A model generated the notes under the pieces. It had not been told where the DNA came from. It was given only the letters and a program-made list of their open reading frames with translations, and made no database searches. A stretch of DNA of 64,000 bases from the human T2T-CHM13v2.0 reference genome, Homo sapiens: assembly GCF_009914755.1 (NCBI RefSeq), contig NC_060930.1. One strand, given 5' to 3'. A program made the position numbers and the translations under genes. Below are positions 52,501-64,000 of the stretch, one piece after another (the stretch's first letter is position 1; every line of letters starts with the position of its first letter).

Positions 52501-53733
52501 TTACATGGAGTACCCACATAGCTTTTTGTGAATAAAAGAGCAGTAATTTAAAAATTCTGACACGTCCCACAAGCTTCTTTTAAGTCTTATAAATGAAAAT
52601 TCTTCTTTAAATTAAAGATTTAGACAGGTTTACAAGGTTGCCTGAGATCACACCGGAACATCATAATATATGTGTCTGAAGAGTATAGTAGTTTGATAAT
52701 CTATAAATCACTTTATCATTATTGCAAAGCCAATAAAAGCCAAACATCTCACATACATGTACATTTCTTCACATTTCTGCATTTTAGCAAATCACAAATT
52801 ACCAAACTTTAAAGTTTTCAGGTTTATCTCAAAATAAAAATAAAAGTTTAATATATATTTTCTAATGTGTCATTTAAAAAAAGCATTAATCAATTTCAAA
52901 CAAATTAGCCAATAAACCAGCAAAAAAGTGTGGCCATTTTCAATTGATACAATTAATTTCTCTAAGAGGGGTGTGTCATAACGTTTCATTTATTTAAGTT
53001 TTGTCACTTTTTGCAAAAATAAATTAACTTTCTAGTTTATCATCAGTTCAAAAAACAATCCCAAGGAGATAAAACATTATAAATATCAAGAATTATTTCT
53101 CTAAACTTTTCTCATTATTTATTAGCATTACTACATAAAATGATACTTAATCTTTTATAGCAGAGATTTGGGAAGCTATTGTTAACTTCTGTGTTAGAAA
53201 AAAGATAATTTCAATATTACATATTTTTACATAATGCAGCTCTTAACAGCATTTTTCAAAACAGAAGTGTAAACTTAAAGAACCATGACAAAGGAAAAAT
53301 GAATTAATAAAACAGCCCTCCATTCTTACCTTCAAACATTAAAATTATTGAGCTATTTATTTTCACAATAAATAAAAAATGTTAACTAGAGATTTATATG
53401 ATCAGACTACTAGTCAAAACTATGAAGCAAGGGCCACTCTATGATGACATGAATTTTTCTTTTTCTGCAGTGGATGCTAGAATATAACCAGGGAGGAAAG
53501 CAAACCCATGATCCCCATTTCTGGTCTTGGTTCATTTAGTAGTGTTGACTAAATGTGGCAAAGGCAGATTTGCTGGTGATGAACTCAGGATAAAATGGGA
53601 AAAATGTGAACCTTGACCTTTTTAACACCACTTAAAAATCAGAACCAGACCTGTCAGTGCACCGCCTCACTGCCTATCGCCTAACAAATTGGAAACCTGA
53701 TCTCCCCTCCTCTGAGTAGAAAGTAGGCTTGTC

Positions 53734-53787
53734 AGGCTAAGCTGAGCAGCAAACACCCGACAAGGCTGAGCTGAGCAGCAAACTCCC
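53734..53787 (+). repeat. Tandem duplication, 2 copies, period 29
   Basis: AGGCTAAGCTGAGCAGCAAACACCC / AGGCTGAGCTGAGCAGCAAACTCCC. Confidence 0.85.
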
Positions 53788-56700
53788 CAAAGCAGAGAAA
53801 GACCCCAAGTGTAAAGTCAAACTTCATATGATACCTTGAGTTTACAACAGTGTAAGATGTTAAAAATAGTTTTGAACATTGTTTCCTTTGCCTTGTTTTC
53901 ATATTTCATTTGCAAAACATAGTACAGAAGATAGAGTTTTTGACCAAACAAGAAAGGATGTTTACATTTTTATTGCCGGAGCTTAGAAACGCCATCATCT
54001 GTGCTCCCCAACTCCATGCTCCCATCTCTCTCTCTTCAGGGATTATCATTTTAGATTGACCAAAATATCCTAACTTCATCAGTCAGCACTTACCACAGAC
54101 ATAAACTGCTTTCTGTAAGAAATATTCCTCAATTAAGTTTTCTTGAGAACTTTATCCTCTTCATTTTGTCCTTAATTATAGAATCTTGTATTTCCTATTT
54201 CTCTTTCATTTCTCCAACCTAGCAGATTTGTAATAGCAGAAAAATTACTACTAGGAATATTACAACTACTTGGTGTCAAGTCTAGTACAGAATTGAGTTT
54301 GTGTATTTCAAGGAAGAACAGAGACTGCTGAAAATATCTGTTGTCTTCTATTTCTACTTTATTTTAAACTGGAAAACCTGGTACTAGGCAAAAATGAGGT
54401 GAAATTTTATAACAAATTAAGCTAGAGTGATAAAATCCATGAAGGAAGAAGAGAAGCAGATTAAATGACATTTAAAAATATCCAAGCCTTCATTTGATTA
54501 ACTTTAATCTAATTATAAAAAGTTGCTGCTCACTTCCCTACCAAACAAGGAGACCTCAGAATGCTTAGGTTAAAAAAGAAAAAAAGAACGAAAGGAAAAA
54601 AGATGTTAGAGAAGCAAAAATAACGCTGAATTAAAGCACTTGGAGGCCAATGGCTTTGAACCTGGGCTCCACCAGTCATTCCACCCAGCGAAGCGGTCTG
54701 CAGAGGCTTGGGCTCCTGTTAACAGAGCCCTCATTGTTTCCAAAGGCAGTTAGAAAAATGCTGCTTTATATCTCCTCACACCACAGGCTCCGTGCACAGC
54801 CCCAAGAAAAGGCGGCTGAGGGCGTACAATCCACAGGAAGAAAAAAAAATGCATGGCTATATATACAGCCCCCAGCCCCACACCCTACCAACACAGAAAA
54901 ACACTACCCCAAACTCAATTCCTGGCTGGCAAACTGTGGTAAAGGATGTTATGGTGGTGCATAATTTACAACTGGAAATTTCTGATTCATGTGGGATTTG
55001 GGGCATTTCTTTGCCCTTTACCCACCACCTCTCCGTTTCCACCTCAAGCACAGGGAGGTGAAAGCTGTCAGGCAGTGGGGCTGATGCCATCAGGCAGCAA
55101 GGAGATAAACACTGCATTTTTGAGAGTGCAGTTATTCCACACCTGTTTAAAATGTTTATATAGTAATTAAAGATTAATGCTTATTCCAGACCAGATAAAT
55201 ATTAGACAGTGCATGTGTGTATATACATATATGAATCTGCAATGCTGCAGAGAACAAAGATTTTATTGTATCAAGCGTACTTAGCGAAGGGTATACATTT
55301 TAAAAAGGCCTGAGCTTCACGAAGTTTACATTACAGAGGGGAAAAAAGGCTTAAAAATGTTAAGTGGTTGGAGCTACTGAGTGCCATACAGAGAGCAGGT
55401 AGTTAGTAGTGAGTATGAGCTAATTCTGCTGCTAATCATTTGGTTTTCTATTTATTAAAGGGCAGGTCTCAGTTTACTCCTGAGCAGCAGCCAGTTCAAT
55501 GGGCCACTCTGAATTGTTTCCCGAAGTTTAACAATTAAACCTGCTGAGACCAAGAAAAACAAAATAATTAACCTTTACAAATGTAGTAGTTACAATATAA
55601 AAGTTTTATTTTTAAAAAAGGTAATGCATGCACTGTGTTTGGTGAAGAGCTCTGGGCCACACTACAGCACCAACATCCCAGAAAAGAGCAGAAAGCCTGC
55701 TAGGTGAGCAGATGCTGCTGAACCTTGGGAGTACACTTGCCACACAGTGCCCCCCCGGGGTACCCCTAAATCCCTATGGTCAGCACATACAGCATGGACA
55801 GTATGCTTGCTCAAGTCATGCTCAGGAAGGAGAATCATCTGACACACACCATGCTCACTGGATGATAACAACAATATATTCCTTGGTTTATAATTGACTG
55901 TTTTGTTAACTTTTAAATCGACAACAATTTTTAAAAAGTTAAAACAATCAGTGTTACATTTCAATTTATGTAAAAATTATGCTCCTGACAAATTACATGG
56001 ATATATTTAGCTACATTTCCCAATTCACTGACAATAATTTACAGAGACTCATTGTATTCCACTCTGATGATATCAATTCTGGTGAAATCTTTAATAAATG
56101 CAAAAGTTACTTTGAACTCAAAAAAGTTGTAAATTGTGACCATTTTAAAAGTGAAAATGTTCACATACTGCATATTCTTATATGACATGCTAATAGGGTC
56201 AACTAAGGATTACTTTTAAAAGTAGTTAAATAAGTCTTTTTAAACATTTTCTAAAAAGAAATTATTTTCCTTTGTGAAATATTAACGAAAACATATTTTA
56301 CTTATACTACTACAGGGCAATACAAACAATTAGGTGTGTGTTTAAAAAGGTAACGATCGGTAGGATGATGTCAGTCTGACAGATGTGATAGAGTGTGCAG
56401 GCAAATATAGACAGGAGCAATTTGTACAAATCTAGAATCCATTTATCTGGATTTTACAACATTGTAGACACAGACTACCAGAATGTTTTCATCCTAACAC
56501 TCACCAGCTTACTGACACCTACCCAGCCAAAAGCTGGACCCCTGGACATTCCCTAAGCACTGAAGAAGGTCCTGTCACAGGGATCTCTAGAAACAAGTGG
56601 ATAAATATCTTAGAGGATAGGGAGATATGAGAAAATTTCCCTCTATTAATTAGGTAATTGTAAATTATTCATAAGCATGACTAAGATGTTTAGTAAGTCA

Positions 56701-56897
56701 GTAAATCAAAAGAAAAGTCTCAGAAAACAAATCAGAATAAAAGTTAAAATTGAGAGGTAAAATGATAAAGAAAACACACATTGAGGAATACTGGTAATAG
56801 AAGGCAGGAGTTTTGGAGGTACAAGAAACACTCCTGTGTTATTTGTAGGTGTTCCTCGTGTCTGTGGATGGGTGCTTCCCCCAACAGATGATCCTAG

Positions 56898-57234
<337 letters not shown>

Positions 57235-57544
57235 CTCAACAGCTGTTCTGTCATCATGTTTACCCACTATGTTTCTTCACCAGTCTATTCTAAGTGTCTA
57301 ATCAGGTAACCTGGAACATATTTTCCTACATGGATGAAGTAAATATGGAGTAAATACATACATGGATGAACCAAGGAGGACCGCAGTGATCCCGGTTGAA
57401 TGCATTTAGTTTCCCAGACCCTTCATCACAAGACTGCCTCACATTCAGGGAGCACAAGTGGATGGAAGGAAATCGAGAGCCATATTCTGCAGAGCACTGA
57501 GGTAGGCGTGTCTATATTTCTTACTTTATTTAATAATTTTTAGT

Positions 57545-57665
57545 ATTCTTTAAGAATTTTACAGATGAAAAATTTTATCTCAAAGTCACCAAAGTGGCAT
57601 AGTTGGGATTCATTCCTAAATCTCTGAACTCAAGTGTAGGGCTCGTCCCAGTATAATGTGCTGCA
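57545..57665 (-). mobile_element. MIR fragment
   Basis: ATTTTACAGATGAAAAA...AAAGTCAC...AAGTGGCATAGTTGGGATTC. Confidence 0.65.
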
Positions 57666-59154
57666 AAGGTTACAAGTAAATGCTTAGTGACTCCAGAATG
57701 TGCTGAATATGTTATGTATGGTTGTGAATTCAGAGGCTCAATATCCAGATCAAGTAGTTCTATAACTTAGAATCTTATAAGGCATTATTTGTACATTATT
57801 TGAAATCAGAAAATTATGAATATGTTTAAAATATTTATTTTAATGAATTACTCATAATTTGTATCTACTCTCCTTCTAAAAATGATTTAATATGTTCTTA
57901 CAATGTGAACACGTACAAGTGAAATAATAAAGTGCAAAAGAAATATTAAAATAGGGATATGAAACCATCCGTGACAGTGGGGAAATGCCCCAGAGCTTTG
58001 CATAGCATGGTTAAAGCTTATGAGCACCATCTTGTCACTCTCTGAGAAGATGAGGCAACTGCAGCAGGAAAAGGCTCTACTGGGGGAGATAGCTCACGCT
58101 GCTTGTATAAAAGAAAAATACTAGTTCTTTAGGTAATGCTTTTCTCTGGCACTAGGTACATAAGGTCTCATACATGGATACTGATGAACACAAGTGGGAA
58201 GGTTTTCAAAGTCGTAGATTGTTCCTTTCTTTGTTCCTATTTTTTTAATAGCGTTCCTAAATAAAAATCAAGGGCGTAAGTCACAGGCAGGCCACAATGA
58301 GAGGAGGAGGTGATCCATCTGTGGCCCAGGTATGTTTCTCTATGGTGATCTAATTTGAGGCCGATTGAGGGTTTAGACAGCAAAGAAGAGGGTGGCATGG
58401 GGTCATTCTTTCAACAGCAATTACTTCAGACTCACTTGTGGCAGGAGCTGAAGGGCTGTCAAGGTCTAGCTCCTGGTCAATGTCTGGTATTCAGGTATTT
58501 GGAACTGTTGATCTGCATAAGAACCACAGCCTTCAGATATTCAGGCAGTTTCTGACAATGGTTAGAAATAATGAAAAACCTGCGACCATTTTACTTCTGC
58601 TTCTCAGCAAGGGAGGAAAGTAAGTAGCAAAAACACAGGCAGAAAGAAACTTTTACTGTTAAAAAATAAAAAAGAAATCGGCACAGAACCCAGTGTTTGG
58701 GACCACAGTGCGGAAAAGGAACATTTAGTGGATGGCGTCCCCTTCACACTCTGTGGAGGACCCACTGATCCCTGGCTCTTCCTCCTGGATGTGCTACTGT
58801 TACAAAAGCAGGGAGACTAATTTCTTGGCATATTTTTCCACACACTCTGGACAGGAGAGGGCAGCCAAACAGCCCTGCATGCCTGGAGGGGTCCTTCTGC
58901 CGCAGGGTGGGTACAGCTGAGACGGCTCAGACCACGACTGTCTGCTGTCCATTCTCCCCAAGTAGGCAGTGCCTGTTCTCTCACAGGTTGTGCCTGGGGC
59001 CTGCCTTCCTGGGCAGATAGGAAGACCATGCCAGGACAAGAGCCACACAGGGCTGGCGTCTGCCAGCACGGTGTCTCTGGCACTTGAGTTGAAGGCTTTA
59101 ATTCAGTGGCCCTTTAATGTCATTTTCCTCTTTCTGTCCCTCCTTGCTCCTCAG

Positions 59155-59238
59155 TGCTGGATGACACCCCATGATCAATACGGCAGGTTTGTACAGAGAA
59201 GTGCACTTGGTGGTGACAGCTATGTCACTGGACACTGA
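59155..59238 (+). other. Candidate plus-strand non-coding exon (84 nt)
   Basis: Long polypyrimidine acceptor TTTTCCTCTTTCTGTCCCTCCTTGCTCCTCAG. Donor TGA|GTAAGA. Stops in all three frames. Confidence 0.35.
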
Positions 59239-60005
59239 GTAAGAAACTAGGAGATCCATTCTATGAGCTCTTCCAGAAGAGCTAAGGATGAGCACTTCAT
59301 CCAGCTTGTACTTTCAGCAACGAAGATACGCCCAACCCTTAGAAGCATGATATATGCCTGTGCCAATCAAGCCACAATGTCAATCTTCCTCCCCCACCCC
59401 AGCCCCACAAACACCTACACACCCGCACACCAAGCACAGCTGCAAAACAGTCCGAGCCACATCACCAGAGAGGCTCTTTGCTTGTGATTTCGGATGCCTC
59501 AGACTGGCTGTGTGAGTACAGTCTCAGCACATTTTGTCTTTTAAGGGAAGGAGCTACTTAGTTCAGTGCTAGTTATCTTGAGATAAATATCTTTAAATAT
59601 ACTCTTCCTTATACGTACTCTTTTTAATAGAATAATTACTTTTGTTACGCCCAAGACACACCTATGAAGTTTAAGATGTCACTTAGAAATAATATCCAAA
59701 ACAAATGCAAAACACACACTATTAAATTAAGCCATATTAAGAGAGTAAAGTTTTATTTCTTCAGAAGGCAGAAATGATACTTTTTTAAAACCAGCTAATT
59801 AACTTATGTGAACAAAAGTAAACACAAACAGGGCCCAGGGAACTAATAATGTCACCTGTTCCAAATGCCAGATAGGTGTCTGGGTCTGCTGCAGACATTT
59901 ACTATTTTGCATATGAAACAAATCGAGGTTTGGGTGGCTTCCGCTAATTAGAGAGAAATGCCTCTCCTTTCCAAACTGCATCCACCCATCCATATCACTA
60001 TCCCC

Positions 60006-60008
<3 letters not shown>

Positions 60009-60038
<30 letters not shown>
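60009..60038. repeat. (CA)15 microsatellite
   Basis: Seen directly. Confidence 0.95.
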
Positions 60039-60041
<3 letters not shown>

Positions 60042-61699
60042 AAACCACTGTCTAATTACTCTGAACATCCACAAGGAGAGTTAACGAGTACCAAGGGTTA
60101 AAAGGGGCTGGCCAGAAAGGGGAGGGGAGAACAAGCTGGGGGACCCTCCAGCTGGGACCTGTTTGTGACTTCTCGGCCTCACTGTTTGAGACGTTCTGGC
60201 ATTTTTATTGCCTGTTGTCTCAGTGATAATGTGCAAGCATAGAGATATATTAAAAACCTACGTAAATACGTTTAAGGAAAGAAAAAGAGTAGGTCATTAA
60301 ATAGTGAAAGAACATTAATTTTGAAATGACGTCTACAGAGAATGTAATATTTTAATTTTAAAAATTGCTGTAAAAATATGAGTTAAGGCCATTATTATTT
60401 CAATTGAGTACTTCAGGGAACACAATCAAATAAATAACAATAAATGATGTTCCCTGACATGAGGAGTTGAAAGCAACCTTTGGTAAACTGGAATTTTTCT
60501 ATCCTTCTTTGTTACAGAAATTACTTTTTTTCATGAAATAATAAAAGGGTTCATCTACCAATTTTATAATAGAAAAACGTAATGATCCTTGTTTTAAACA
60601 TACTTGATACTTGTTCCATGCTAAATACGACAAAATTCTGTCCTAAGCTGCTGTTGTGAATAGTAAGGAAAGCCAATTATGATGTATTCTTGTAAGGATT
60701 TTTTAAAAACAGTTACAAACGGCTCAATTATTTTCCTGTTACTCACATAATAATACTTTCTACAAGAGCATAGTTCACATTAACAGCACGGCAAGTTACT
60801 TGCCTTCTTTTCTTTTCTCTTTTGTGAATGAGGACGAAGATACTGCTATCAAAGCCAGCCAGCCCAGATGTGCTGGCACTATCCTCTTTCTGTGAGACGC
60901 TGTGAGCACCTACAGTCAACAGATTATTTATTAGGCAAGAGAAGCACTTAATTCTAACTTCTGGCTAGCAAAGCATCCTCCTTTCCCTATTACTGGACAA
61001 TTACTTTCTCAGATCCCCTCTTTCAAATTAATCTTTCCCTCATCCATGGTCCTCTCTATCCCAGTTGTCACCCTCCCTGTCTTCTGGCAGTAGACAACAA
61101 TGCCCTTGGCACAGCCCACAGCACAAACACTGGCCGGAATGCAGTGCTGAGCGTAGCTGGGCCGAGCACATCCACCGGGCTGGCTAGCAGGGATTGCTTG
61201 TTTTCACAAAGGGAACAGATAATATTTTAACTGTAATAATTCAGTCTATATGAACTAGAATAATTCAGTACTTATAATTTCTATTCTTTTGCCTATGACT
61301 TGCATGATGTCTGATGTATGTGCCCAATAGCCAAGAAAAATGATAGTTATGCTTTATGGAAAGGTTGAAGAACTGAACACATTTGTTAGTAACTAGACTC
61401 CTTTTAGCATTTTTTCCCCAATCGCTCTGTCAGAACTAACTCTTTTTGCAGGGATATGATAGTCCTATGGATAAAATAGCCCACATTTGCCAGCTACTTG
61501 TGACAACGTCCAAAAGGGGTACAATATATCACTGAAACAGCCCACAAACTGGCTAGTCACATTATTTATTACGAGCCACACATGTGACAAATTATTTAAC
61601 TCAGTTGATCCTAATAAGTCAAAGAGCAAGCAATTAGCTAACTCGGTCAGAGGGCTGTTTGTGGCAATTTATAGATGCGCTCAAGCTGTCCCAGCACTT

Positions 61700-61900
61700 C
61701 AAAGCCCCATTAAGGGGAAACCTTTTAATGACTCACTTGAGATGACAAGTATTACACAGCACATATGGCAGTCAGGAATTTGGCAGCCTATTCTGTTACA
61801 CTCTGCCCGCCCCCAGCCCCCGACAGCTGTTTACAAGTTTTCAGTCTCTGCGCCTTGCTGTTGTAAGCAGCCACAGGGCTGCAGGAGCAGGAGGCATGGT
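61700..61900. promoter_or_regulatory. Candidate enhancer or minor promoter
   Basis: AP-1 TGACTCA (61729), GC box CCCGCCCCC (~61806), E-box CAGCTG overlapping forkhead TGTTTAC (~61824-61834), Inr-like TCAGTCT (61841). Repeat-free region. Confidence 0.35.
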
Positions 61901-64000
61901 ATTTTCTAGAGCAACAAGTGGCAGTAGATTCCTGTATCACACAGGTTTCTGGGAACCGCTGAAATCCCCACTCTTTCGTCAGTCTGCGTGAACTGTTTCA
62001 CAGGAAAGATAGAGACACCTAGACAGTGAGGGACAGCCCAGGTGGCATTCGGCAAGTCGCCCAGTTCTTTAAAGGCAACGTGAAGCTATTATAATAAAAA
62101 CTTATCTCCCTACAGGGCTGTTGGTAGAATTAACGAACTAAATGTTAGCAAAATGCTTTGAAGAGAAAAGGGTTATCTATACCAGTCCTAAAGATTATGA
62201 TTATGCATTGCAACATTGCTGCCTGTCAGACGGTGTTTGCATTTGACCTCCTCCCACCGCTTCTCCTTCAGAAAATTTTCACTTGGGCTGGATCCACATC
62301 CACATCCTTAATTCCATCGCCAACCATCCTGCCCCACCTTTGGAAGAAGAGTGCAATGCCACAACTAAACTGTGCAATAAGGGAATGGAATTTTGAGCAA
62401 CAGCTTCCCAGAAGGATGCCTATATTGGGGCCACTTTTTCCCTGGAAACAGGGCACACAACAAGCTTAGACACTGAGAAATGAAATGCCAGCTGACATAC
62501 TTGGTAATTTTATTATTGTCCACAATATTCAGGCAGCACTGAAGAAACTAGCACTAAGACTGAAGGACTGAAAAAGACAGGAAAATGAAGATTTTGCTAT
62601 GTAAAAAGCTGAGACCCAAATACCATATCAGTGCACTAAATTTTTAAGCAGTAAAGATCCTCTTTATCTGTGATTTCAAGTACTTCAGTAACGCCAGCTT
62701 GGTGAAAGACAAGCTTAATCAAGAGGAGAAGCTGGTGACAGCAGGAAAACACAACACCCTACCCTGTTTGGATGGGGCCACAATTTCCTAAGAAAAGACA
62801 AGTGCCAACCTCTACCAAAGCACCAGAAACCCACCACAACTCATCAAATCCTCTTATACCACACACTCGCTTTATTCACATGAAACAATCAATCGATTGT
62901 GCCTTTGTGTTCCCCAAAGGCCACAGCTGTATTAGGGCTGTGGTGTAATTACAGCTTGCAGGAGGCAGACGGACCAGTGGGAGGAAGGGTGACCACTGCC
63001 TCGAACAGGGCACCGGCCTCCAGAGACGACCTGCTTGGAGGCGTGCCACCCCACGGGGACTGCACGGCCACTTGGCCTCCGGTGCTAGGAGTCACTCTGT
63101 TCTTGACTTCACTTTTAGTTTTTCACTGTGGCTTGATGGAGTTTCAAGTTTGTTATTTTGATTATATAGAAAAGTTTAATGAAAGAAATGTTAGGCTGGT
63201 AGAAAGAAATGTGAAAATCAACAGATAGTATAGAAAAAACGGTGGAGAAGTGAACATTTAAGTTGTGGTTTACACTTTCCATTTTTCCTCCCTAATACTC
63301 CTTAGTAAAAAGAGAGTTGGTCCCCTTATACTCAAGTACTATCAAAATCCCATGTATTATGGGGCAATTTCTCAATTATATTATTTTGAAGAACTAAGTA
63401 CTACGTTGGAGTGGTGGAGAGAGAGGACATGATAGTTTGAAATAACATTAATTAATCCTAGTTTCCATGCTTCAAGGGTCACACACGACAATCTCTTCAA
63501 AACAAGAGATAAAAATGTAGCTGTCGTTATCCTGAGTATGCTCTTATAAGAGTTATATGTCAGTAACCCTTTAAAAAAGCAATACATTAGGAAGCTAGGG
63601 GAAGCATGACAATATTTAATATACATGTGTATATATAAAATACGTATATATAATATACATCAGCACAAGTCCTCATATATGCGCTGAAGACTCATGGCTT
63701 GGGATGGACTTCCCTTTGGCAGCACTAGCAATGGATGTGAAAGCCCTGTGTGAAAATGTGCTCTAGAAAACAGATGACCAAAAAGTGTCTCGTAGTAATA
63801 AAGACACAGATGATGAGGATGTGTTAAAGGATACTGAATAAAATTGTTTTTCAAAATGCGAGAAGAAAAAACCCCAATGTTTGGAAATATTTTAATGTTA
63901 TTTTACAAATGTATGCGTAGCTATTCAGTAAATTAAACATTTAAAGTCACTTGACTATTTTGTCCACATTCTTAAAAGTTTAAATATTCAGTTGGCTTAG

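Noticed and set aside
61487-61909. 140-aa ORF
   Set aside because: It starts at TTG, has no recognisable homology, and overlaps regulatory-looking sequence.

Overview
This is primate (very probably human or great-ape) non-coding genomic DNA, not prokaryotic. It is AT-rich and CpG-depleted. It carries 15 Alu elements (J, S and Y lineages, most with recognisable target-site duplications), old L1, L2 and MIR fragments, an MLT1 LTR, and DNA-transposon relics (Tigger2a, Tigger3, MER1B, MER3, MER20). I cannot support any protein-coding exon, tRNA, rRNA or CRISPR array. The long ORFs in the track come from Alus, microsatellites, L1 relics or chance. Several minus-strand splice donors and promoter-like patches, plus + strand L1/LTR orientation, suggest the window lies in the long 5' introns of a minus-strand gene with alternative first or UTR exons. 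I could not identify that gene. The best sequence-level findings are local rearrangement scars: a ~350-bp templated duplication inserted into a MIR, a fold-back inversion inside an Alu, a 51-bp dispersed duplicate, and a perfect 19-bp inverted repeat 1 kb apart. Also notable are a minisatellite with higher-order structure, a close inverted Alu pair, and an 86-nt hairpin with degenerate hammerhead-like motifs overlapping a candidate splice acceptor. Repeat family names come from my recall of consensus sequences, not from a RepeatMasker run. No novel multi-gene system is evident.
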